A stretch of 64,000 bases of DNA from Felis catus (Eukaryota), in assembly GCF_018350175.1 (NCBI RefSeq), contig NC_058368.1, positions 185,382,001 to 185,446,000 of the forward strand. Reading direction: 5' to 3'. A model generated the notes under the pieces. It made no database searches. It saw only the letters and a program-made list of their open reading frames with translations, and was not told where the DNA came from. Positions within the stretch are counted from its first letter, which is position 1; every line of letters starts with the position of its first letter. Positions 54,101 to 64,000 of the stretch are shown here, in pieces. The translations under genes and the position numbers were made by a program.

Positions 54101-54947
54101 TTGTTGTATTTTCATTTTCGTTTGTTTCCATATATTTTTTAATTTCTTCTCTAATTGCCTGATTGACCCACTCATTCTTTAGTAGGGTGTTCTTTAACCT
54201 CCATGCTTTTGGAGGTTTTCCAGACTTTTTCCTGTGGTTGATTTCAAGCTTCATAGTATTGTGGTCTGAAAGTATGCATGGTATAATTTCAATTCTTGTA
54301 AACTTATGAAGGGCTGTTTTGTGACCCAGTATATGATCTATCTTGGAGAATGTTCCATGTGCACTCGAGAAGAAAGTATATTCTGTTGCTTTGGGATGCT
54401 GCGTTCTAAATATATCTGTCAAGTCCATCTGATCCAATGTATCATTCAGGGCCTTTGTTTCTTTATTGACCGTGTGTCTAGATGATCTATCCATTTCTGT
54501 AAGTGGAGTGTTAAAGTCCCCTGCAATTACCACATTCTTATCAATAAGGTTGCTTATGTTTATGAGTAATTGTTTTATATATTTGGGGGCTCCGGTATTC
54601 GGCGCATAGACATTTATAATTGTTAGCTCTTCCTGATGGATAGACCCTGTAATTATTATATAATGCCCTTCTTCATCTCTTGTTACAGCCTTTAATTTAA
54701 AGTCTAGTTTGTCTGATATAAGTATGGCTACTCCAGCTTTCTTTTGGCTTCCAGTCGCATGATAAATAGTTCTCCATCCCCTCACTCTCAATCTAAAGGT
54801 GTCCTCAGATCTAAAATGAGTCTCTTGTAGACAGCAAATAGATGGGTCTTGTTTTTTTATCTATTCTGATACCCTATGCCTTTTGGTTGGCGCATTTAAT
54901 CCATTTACATTCAGTGTTATTATAGAAAGATACGGATTTAGAGTCAT
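51132..54947 (-). pseudogene. L1 ORF2p of copy B, multiply disrupted
   Basis: Stops at ~54851, 52928 and 52286; frameshifts at ~53360-53392 and ~51703; in-frame loss of QP near 51860. Confidence 0.95.
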
Positions 54948-54997
54948 TGTGATGTCTGTATGTTTTATGCTTGTAGTGATGTCTCTGGTACTTTGTC

Positions 54998-55892
54998 TCA
55001 CAGGGTCCCCCTTAGGATCTCTTATAGGGCTGGTTTAGTGGTGACAAATTCCTTCAGCCTTTGTTTGTTTGGGAAGACTTTTATCTCTCCTTCTATTCTA
55101 AATGACAGACTTGCTGGATAAAGGATTCTCGGCTGCATATTTTTTCTGTCTAGCACACTGAAGATATCGTGCCAATCCTTTCTGGCCTACCAAGTTTCAA
55201 AAGAGAGATCAGTCATGAGTCTTATAGGTCTCCCTTTATATGTGAGGGCACGTTTATCCCTTGCTGCTTTCAGAATTTTCTCTTTATCCTTGTATTTTGC
55301 CAGTTTCACTATGATATGTCGTGCAGAAGATCGATTCAAGTTACGTCTGAAGGGAGTTCTCTGTGCCTCTTGGATTTCAATGCCTTTTTCCTTCCCCAGT
55401 TCAGGGAAGTTCTCAGCTATTATTTCTTCAAGTACCCCTTCAGCACCTTTCCCTCTCTCTTCCTCCTCTGGGATACCAATTATGCGTATATTATTTCTTT
55501 TTAGTGTATCACTTAGTTCTCTAATTTTCCCCTCATACTCCTGGATTTTTTTTATCTCTCTTTTTCTCAGCTTCCTCTTTTTCCATAACTTTATCTTCTA
55601 GTTCACCTATTCTCTCCTCTGCCTCTTCAAGCCGAGCTGTGGTGGTTTCCATTTTGTTATGCATTTCGTTTAAAGCGTTTTTCAGCTCCTCGTGACTGTT
55701 CCTTAGTCCCTTGATCTCTGTAGCAAGAGATTCTCTACTGTCCTGTATACTATTTTCAAGCCCAGCGATTAATTTTATGACTATTATTCTAAATTCACTT
55801 TCTGTTATATCATTTAAATCCTTTTTGATCAGTTCATTAGCTGTTGTTATTTCCTGGAGATTCTTCTGAGGGGAATTCTTCCGTTTGGTCAT
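54998..55892 (-). pseudogene. L1 ORF1p of copy B, disrupted
   Basis: MTKRKNSPQK start; T8 frameshift at ~55546-55553; two Gln-to-stop changes at ~55188 and ~55022. Confidence 0.95.
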
Positions 55893-56492
55893 TTTGGATA
55901 GTCCCTGGCGTGGTGAGGACCTGCAGGGCAATTTCCCTGTGCTGTGGTGTATAACTGGAGTTGGTGGGTGGGGCCGCAGTCAGACCTGATGTCTGCCCCC
56001 TGCCCACCGCTGGGGCCACGGTCAGACTGGTGTGTGCTTTCTCTTCCCCTCTCCTAGGGGCAGGATTCATTGTGGGGTGGTGTGGCCCGTCTGGACTACT
56101 TGCACACTGCCAGGCTTCTGGTGCTGGGGATCTGATGTATTAGCTGGGGTGGGTAGGCAAGGTGCACGGGGGCAGGAGGGGCAGGCTTAGCTCGCTTCTC
56201 CTTAGGTTATCCACTTCAGAAGGGGCCCCTCCTCCGTGGGCCTCTCATCTGTGCTTGGCTCCAGAGACTTCGTTCTGCTAATCCTCTGGCGGTTTTCTGG
56301 GTTATTAGGCAGGTGTAGGTGGAATCTAAGTAATCAGCAGGACGCGCGTTGAGCCCAGCGTCCTCCTACGCCGCCATCTTCTTCCTCTCTCCCTAGTAAT
56401 ATATATTTTAATAAGTACGTAAGTTTACAGTTCATCAGACTTCTTAGATTTGAAAGACTTGTGTAGCTGTTGAAAAGTTAGGAAGAAAGTAA

Positions 56493-57049
56493 TGAATGAA
56501 GCAGAATTTGCCACCATAAAATAGGCCTCTTTGACATAAGGATTATTTTTGAAATGGTTATTTTTAAGAAACAACAGTCACAAGGGAAGTTCTGAAAATG
56601 AGTAGAAGTCACTCTATTGTAAGAGACATTTACTTTTATGAGGGAAATATCCCTTTGTAAGAGGGTCACCCTCTTTGTACCAGGAAGAGCAAGATGACTA
56701 AACCCTCTAGAAATTCTTATCAATGGAGAAGGCAGAGATTTAAGTCTGTGTAACAACCATGCCCATGTGTACTATGCTTTTCTGGTAACCTCCCATAACT
56801 GGCTTCTCCACCACCACCTGCCCCCCACCCAACATATTTCTTTTTTCTTTAGCTAAAGATGATGTTTAAAGTGGTGACTTGAGCTATTTCTGGGGATTAA
56901 TCTATTTTCCTGGGTCTCTCCCATGTGGGCAGGAGGTGTTCATGTTACTAACCTTTTGTTGTTGTTGTTGTTGTTAATCTCTTTTATTGTTGGGTGTCTC
57001 AATCAAAAACCTAGAAAGGAAGTAGGAAAACTATTTTTCCTCCTTTGCA
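56493..57049 (+). mobile_element. MER34-like ERV1 solo LTR
   Basis: cagaatttgccacc...cctctttgacataaggattatttt...aacctagaaagg...tttttcctcctttgca; TG...CA ends with gtaa/gtag flanks. Confidence 0.8.
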
Positions 57050-57573
57050 GTAGGAATTATTTCCCTAAGAAATGGATTAAAGGGTTTGAGTATAGATAGG
57101 TTTCTGAGGTGTTTATGTAGTAGAAAGTCCGTAAGTATGAAACCTTTAGTCTTTAAAAAGAGTAGAATAGAACACTACAGTATATTTTGGAATATTTGGA
57201 TTAATCAATGACTTTAAAATATATCTCTTACAACTCTTTCACATATGGCCCAATTACAGAGACAATTTTGACCACTACCAACTCTCATTCTGGATTCGGG
57301 TGTCTAACAGTGTTCTCTGACAAAAGGAAACCATTCCTTCAAAGAGAAAGTGCTGGAAGCAAAAAGGAACTAACTTCAAGAGTTGCCATTGATCCAGAAA
57401 TTTGAGAACAATATAATAACAATAAATAATAACAGTAACAATATAGCCATTGTGGATTATTGAAATAAGTTTGTTTTTTAAGGGTCGTATGTTCATAATG
57501 ATACTTAAAGCAGAAAAGAAAATTCAGAGTGTAAAAAGGGTTTACAGAGTATAAAAAATGTTAATATTCAACA

Positions 57574-57617
57574 AAAAGTACCATGTTATAAAAGTACCAT
57601 GTTATAAAAGTACCATG
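57574..57617. repeat. 16-bp tandem repeat, about 2.75 copies
   Basis: aaaagtaccatgttat x2 plus aaaagtaccatg. Confidence 0.95.
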
Positions 57618-57694
57618 GTTCCTTATAGCTGGCATCCATTCTTTTTGGGCTGGCATCTGTTTTGATGCCACTTGAACTCTACCAGCTGTTAAAT

Positions 57695-57925
57695 ATTTTA
57701 TTTTTTTATTAAAAAGATTTTAATATGTATTTATTTTTTAGAGAGAGAGAGACAGAGCATGAACAGAGGAGAGGTAAAGACAGGGGGAGACACAGGATCC
57801 GAAGCAGGTTCCAGACTCTGAGCTGTCTGCACAGAACCTGCTGGGAGGGCTCGAACCTAGGAACTGTGAGGTCATGTCCTGAGCCAAAGTCAGACGCTTA
57901 ACCAACTGAGCCACCCAGGAGCCTC
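57695..57925 (-). mobile_element. CanSINE
   Basis: T-rich tail, (GA)n, ends ctgagccacccaggagcc. Confidence 0.92.
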
Positions 57926-60212
57926 ACCATTATTTCTTTAATAAGCTCTGTAGCACGGAAGAATTTAAGAGGATGATTGCATTATATGAACCCAGATTAC
58001 TTTCAAATACAGAATTTATATTGGGCTTCTTAGAGAATTTCTTAATGTTTCACCTACTCCGTAAAGCCATTTCCTCCCCACCTCCTAGTACATATTAACT
58101 CTGAAAACTTCAGTTAGTTTGCACATCATAAGTGGGAAGAATGCCATCCCTGGGAAGTGCTTTTCCCATTCACTATAGTGGTGATTGTAAGTTATGTACT
58201 CAAACTTCACACTTCTAGAAAAAAAAAATCCCAGTGCGGGGGGTGGGGGGGGGACGGGGAATCACAGGATAAATGGTATAAATGCACTTTCAAGATCCAT
58301 TCCAGCACAACTCTGAAATGATTTGGATTTGGCATTTACCTCTGAGCTTTTATAATAAGAGATTCAATATGACTTTATAATAAACAAAAGGCCATCCAAA
58401 CAAATTGATTTTATTCCATTGGTTTGAGCAATGAACTGTATAATTTGTTTCCTTGCCAACAATATTTTGTTTGGATAGGCTCACAAAGGAAGAACAAAGT
58501 AAAATCTATTTTTCTGTAGAGTAATATTTAAAGATGGAGAGGCTTCTTTAACAGCTATCTTAGATACAGATTTCATCTATTACCCATGCAGTGAAATGCA
58601 CAATCACCTTGCTTTTATAATCCGGAGAGGCCAGAGGATTTTGACAGCTTTGTCAAAATTAGCCTTGGCTAATAGAGAATGGAGTCTGAATGCTCCTGAA
58701 TTGTAGCTGCTGCCCAAACTCGATTTAAAAATGCACCTAATAAGTATTAATTTTGCACGAGCCTTCTTACTAATCACTTTGTCTACACTTCTTCCTTCCT
58801 TTGCTTCATTTTCCAATGCAGCTAAAACCGGAATAGTATAGTCACAAATTCTGCTTAAAACACTTGGATGGTTCCTCATGGCCTTATGGAATGAACTTTT
58901 AGATCTTTTAATCTCCATGACCTGGTGTTTCTCTATCTCTTCAGCCACTTTCTGGAATATACGTTTTGCTGAAACAACACCACATTATTTTGAATTTTTT
59001 TGCATACTCTGTGCAGTTTCACTCTATCTGCATTTGCTCAAGTCATTTATTCAGTCTGGAAGTCCCTTGTCATCATTTTTTTCAATCAGTCTCATTCTAA
59101 TTTTTCCTTCAAGATTCAGCTCAGATGTTCTCACCTCTGGGTAGCTTCCTTTGAGCCCTTTCTTTGAGCAAAAAAACAAAAAAAAGGATACTTACCTCTT
59201 TGTGTGGGGATTATCCCTCTGTATCTCTCCCCCTCTAGATTGAGTCCTTGAAGAACTGGACATTGACAAGTGTGCATCCCATCACCCAACACTGTTCCCC
59301 AGCGACTCCTGCCTGTGTGCCACACCTGCCCACATACATCTTTGTTTTCCCTGGCATGGACCTGGTGTATAAAAAGTGCTCAATAAATATTTGTTTAACT
59401 AAGTAAAATAGATTTACCTGAAAGCATCCTAGAAGAATAACCAAAGCACAGGAATTAAAGGACTGATTTATTCAGTTTGAAGAGAAATGCAAGAGTAACA
59501 CTAATGAAGTTAGATTCATGGATTTGATGCTTATCAAAATCTATTTTCTGACTCTATCTGACTCTGTCTCTGTGTGTCTTTGAAAATATGTTCTTGGTCA
59601 GGAATATTCTTTCTACTTTCTATAATGGGCAAGTTTCTATTCTGTTAATTCTTTTTAAGTCTTATCCCTCTGGGGAGTTTTCTCACATTCACTTGATAAC
59701 TTTTCACACTTTGCTCACTGTGCATCAATAACTCTGATACAGTACTTCTCACATTATATTGTAATTACTTACACATGTGTCTCTCTGCATTATCTTTAAT
59801 TCACTGCTCCTTGAGGGCAGGGTTTTTCTTTTTTCTTCATCGTCTTTCTCTCTTCCACCCATTGTTTAATGCAGTGCTCACAATTGGATATTGGGTATAC
59901 CAGTTAGTTTCAGCGTGCTGGTCTCAGCCACAGGCTCAGAACTGTGCTCCGTGGGTAGTAAGGAGGACCCAGATTTAGAACACAAGTGACATATTATGAC
60001 CACCTAGAGGAACACAAGCTCTAATTATATGATGTCTTCAAGGGCAGCAAACAGACTCTCCTGCTGACGTCTAGCAAATGACTCTATCAAGTTTAAAGAT
60101 CCTAGTTTTAAAACCTTGGCTTTACCAATTACTTAGATGACCTTGAGTTATTTATTTCGCATCTCTGAGTCTCAATTTTCCCATCTGTAAAATGGGATTC
60201 ATTTATAAAGTT

Positions 60213-60730
60213 TGGTCAGACCTCTTTTGGATACAAATGAAAGAAATTTATAACTACATTGACTAGCAAGACAAATTGATTGGCCATGTAACTGAAATCT
60301 AAGGGTAGTTTGGCTTTAGGTACAGTTTAGTGCAGAGGGTCCACAGATGTTGCTGGGGCAGTGTTTCTCTTTTTACCTCTTGACTTGTTTGCTTCCTACT
60401 CAGCTTCATTCTCATACTCTGCCTGATAAGGCAAGAAGGTCTATGTCACTTCCAGATTTGTATCCCCACAATAGAAAGTCCAAAGGAATTGTTGCTCTCA
60501 AAGGTGTAGGCCATTATCTGATTGATGTTGCTTGAGTTATTACTGTGGTCAGGCAAATGATAGTATGCTCAATGGCCAGCCTAGGGTTTGTGCTCTCTCC
60601 CTTTGGTTGGACAAGGGTATGGTATGGTAACTGAAAACACACAGAGAACCCCACAGGGTGTGGTAAGGATATGCAAAAAAAACAAGAAAGGAGGGGACAT
60701 GCTAGGCAGACAAAAACTATATCTCCAAGA
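60213..60730. mobile_element. Old MaLR LTR (MLT1K-like), preceded by a MIR core (~60100-60200)
   Basis: ttggccatgtaactgaaa...gctttaggtacagtt...gacatgctaggcagacaaaa; MIR core ctcaattttcccatctgtaaaatggg. Confidence 0.55.
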
Positions 60731-63700
60731 GACTATTACATTTGTTCATTCTAAAACATATATATTAAGCTCATCCCTCAAAAACATTGCTGTAGGGATT
60801 AGAGACAATTGCTTTAAAATGCTTAGGCCACAATTTAGCATACAAAAACATGCAAAAAAGGAAAAAAAAGTTAACTATTACTAACATTAATTAATTGAAA
60901 CTAATATAATATTTTACATACCTAATAATCACATACCTGCTATTCATTTACACTGAAAAGTTTATGAAGGGAAGATTGTTAGAAGATGGACTTCTAAACT
61001 GGAGACATATATAGATAATGTAACTATTTTTAAATATCTTTTTCTACTCAGGTTAATTTCTTAGAAAACATCAATCAGCTCTATTTCATTATTTCATTCA
61101 TTTATTTCACAACAACAACCACAATAATAGTAACAAAAAAAATCGAAGCCTGTTTTCTCTTTCCACCTAGAAATTTCCAGGTATTATTTTTTTACCCCTA
61201 GAGCAGTAAAAAGATGAAGCTTCTGAGTATTTTGGTGTAAAAATGATTCTTAATATGAAACATTATCATCTCTGTAGCAATGTCTCCCTATAGTATCCTC
61301 ACATGAATTTAATTTTCCAAGGCTCTACAGAAAGGTCATATGGCTGAAAGTCAAGATGTCACTCATTGTGCCCAAGCATTGTGAGAAGACACTCCTCTGA
61401 AGGGACTTTTGTATTTGTTTCTTTGTTGGCTTTAATCTTATTGAAAATCAGTGTCCTAAAGGAGAATCTGAAATGCTTGTTGGGCTCAGTGGAATATAAG
61501 TTCTGGAAGGAAGGTAGAGATCTAGGAGCTTGGTTCAGAAAGCTAGGTTCCATCTGCCCAGCCAAGAAATAATCTACCAATCAGGAGAGCATCTTTTTAA
61601 AACTGGCTCTCACTTCCATCTGTGATTTTGAACTAGATACTTAACATGTCTGGTTGTTAGTCTCCACATTTCTAAAATGGGACAAGCTAATTGCTAAGGT
61701 TAAAAAAATAATGTTCTTAAATATGCACTCTGATCTTTCTTTTGAGGTCCTTGGAAAACTGTATCCACAGCCTCTCAAGTAAACTCATGAAACAAATTTA
61801 AAAATTGCAGTAATGCTGCATTTTTTGTTTGATAAGTTTAGATAAGGCAATTGGTAATAAAAATTATAATTCAGAAATCCTAATACACAGCTAATGATAC
61901 CCAACTATGAGGAATTTCCTGCCAGGACATTAAATATCTTATCAGTTTTGATCCACCTTTAATCATATGAGTGTGTTAATAAGACAGAGCAGAGCAGAAC
62001 TTTGCTCTCACCTTTATTTTTCCATGTGCTACACTGCCTACTCTATCCTTGAATAAGGAAATAAGTCATAAAAGAGAAACAGTAAGAGGATGATAGTTGT
62101 AGTTACCAATGAAACTATATTATAAATGAATCAAGAGGAATATAAGCCCCTTGGGAGACCATGAAAGTATTGGATGTTTCCCCCACTGTGCATGGAATGG
62201 ATTCACCTTATCTGGATATTGCAGGTGGGACCCCCGAAGGCCAGAGGCTTTGAGACATCTGGGTTACACTAGCAAGAGTTTTTTAAATGACTGATGTATG
62301 TATATAAAGGCAATTCCACTTCTACTCACTCGTGATGCCTCCCTTAATGATTACCAAGCAACTGTTCTTTACATCACTAAAAGATGTGGGACCATGGCTA
62401 CGATTTCCTAGTACCTGGACTTCTGTGGATTTCAGCGTTGTGATTTGGCACCACAGGGGTTTGCCTTACCAGGCCTATCTGGCAGAATATGTTGGTTTCA
62501 AAGTCCTACACCAAATAAATGTACTTCCATGATACCTGCCCTTTTTCAGCATTACAAAGGATCACAGCTGGAGGGAGGAACATTAACCCAAACAAGCCTG
62601 TCTTTTGCTTCTTCTCAAACATGTTTCTTCCACTTTTTTTTTTCCAGTTCTGGTTTCTGCTGTTCAGTTAGATATTCTGATGAGCACAGACTCAAGAGGG
62701 AACAGAATGGCAGGGCTGTCCTCTTTGATGCATATTAAAGTCACCTCTTGGAAAAGGAGCCAGAAAGTGCTGAGGTACCAAAAAATAGGAAATTATAATA
62801 CACAACTTTCTGAGTCTACCAGCACTATAGCATGACTTTATGATAAACTCTTGGTCTGTTGGTTTAAGAGAAGCCATGCTGAATATGTGACTCACTATGT
62901 AGCACTGACTGAAAACAAAGCTCCACAAGACATTGAACAGTGGCTGTTCCAATTGCCATATTTCTCCTGTGTTTTACAATACAAAAAATGTGACCAGATC
63001 TAGTTTGCATTTGTGCCTTGGAACTGCTGTTTATAATTTGAGTAATTCAGTACAAGTCATTGGAGCTGAATGTGCCATGTCATGCAGTAAAAATTAAAGT
63101 ATACCGTATTGTTTTATGGAAACATGCAGTTCCAAAGAACAGAACTGAGGTAAAAAGACCAATTTCTGTTTTAAACAATGAGATGCTGATTAAGCAACCA
63201 TTGCATGTGAATAGAACAAGTTAGTTCAGGGTTCAATAAAAATAAGCAGATGGTGCTGTCGGGCCTTGACAACATTTTGATGATTTCAGTGCATGTGTAA
63301 AGAGGATTTTATTAATATTGTCCTTCTTCTAGTATTGGTATAATGGTTGCACAGTGAAAATGAAGGCATCTACAAAATCTCTCAGAAAGGATCTCATACC
63401 TTTGGTTATTCATTTGGAGAGTAATTCTTACCAAATTCCATACACCATCAAACTGGAGATACTAGAGATTCACTTTTGTTCTCACTTGGAACAGAGAGAT
63501 CAAATTTTACTTTTTTCCTTTCCCTTTTCCTGAAGGTATTTTCCTTAGGACATTTAGGGTGTTCTGTATCTCAGGGCTAGATAGTTTATTTAATCATGTA
63601 CTAACACTAAATCCAGCACTTTAGGAGTTTTTTTTTTTCTTTCTTTAAAGATTACTGACTTGTTGAGGGTTGATTTTTAGCTTGAGGGTTTTTTATTTGT

Positions 63701-64000
63701 TCACTGCTTCTGTAATCTTTCTTAATAAAATGTATTATTTGTGGCACATCAGTGTTTACTTCTATCTAGCATTATATATGACTAGTCCAGGTTTTTTTTT
63801 ATAACATTTTATTAGGAATAATACTGACTTATCATTTATCGACTGCCTACCCTGTGTAGGGCACTGTGTTAGGCTCTGGGAATATAACAGTGAGTGATTG
63901 AATGATCAAGTCTTGGTATTTTATTTCAAAGAAATTAAAATCTAGCCTATCTAAACTCCATAGTAATTTTAAGGGTATGATACTATATTCCCATTTTAAG

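Larger units (their letters stand above)
50891..56393 (-). mobile_element. LINE-1 copy B, both ends present, 5'UTR internally deleted
   Basis: TSD tagtaatatatatttt at 50875-50890 and 56394-56409 at a TTTT/AA site; patterned A tail, AATAAA, ORF1/ORF2 remnants, and 5' AAGATGGCGG. Confidence 0.98.

Noticed and set aside
57574..57617. Short direct repeats (also 28023-28134) as a CRISPR-like array
   Set aside because: No spacers, no cas genes, and mammalian context; these are simple tandem duplications.
58604..58948. 114-aa minus-strand ORF
   Set aside because: No known domain; it starts within L2-like sequence and is probably open by chance.

Overview
Eukaryotic, AT-rich, repeat-dense mammalian DNA. 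The tRNA-derived CanSINEs and cat-type L1 point to a felid. I could not identify any host-gene exon, RNA gene or CRISPR array. The window holds two long, young, same-orientation (minus-strand) L1 copies (1-5375 and 50891-56393, both ORF-disrupted) and two 5'-truncated plus-strand L1 ends. It also has about 15 CanSINEs, two ERV1-type solo LTRs, several MLT1, MER and Tigger elements, and old L1M/L2/MIR debris. The two most interesting items are (i) a processed FXYD4 (CHIF) retrocopy with an uninterrupted 88-aa ORF, TSD and decayed poly(A), and (ii) the second L1, whose 5'UTR lacks a 427-bp segment with a GT donor, a branch point and a near-canonical acceptor, so it looks like a spliced, retrotransposed L1 (SpIRE). 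I found no support for a wholly new multi-gene system. Repeat subfamily names are from recognition by eye, not from a database search.
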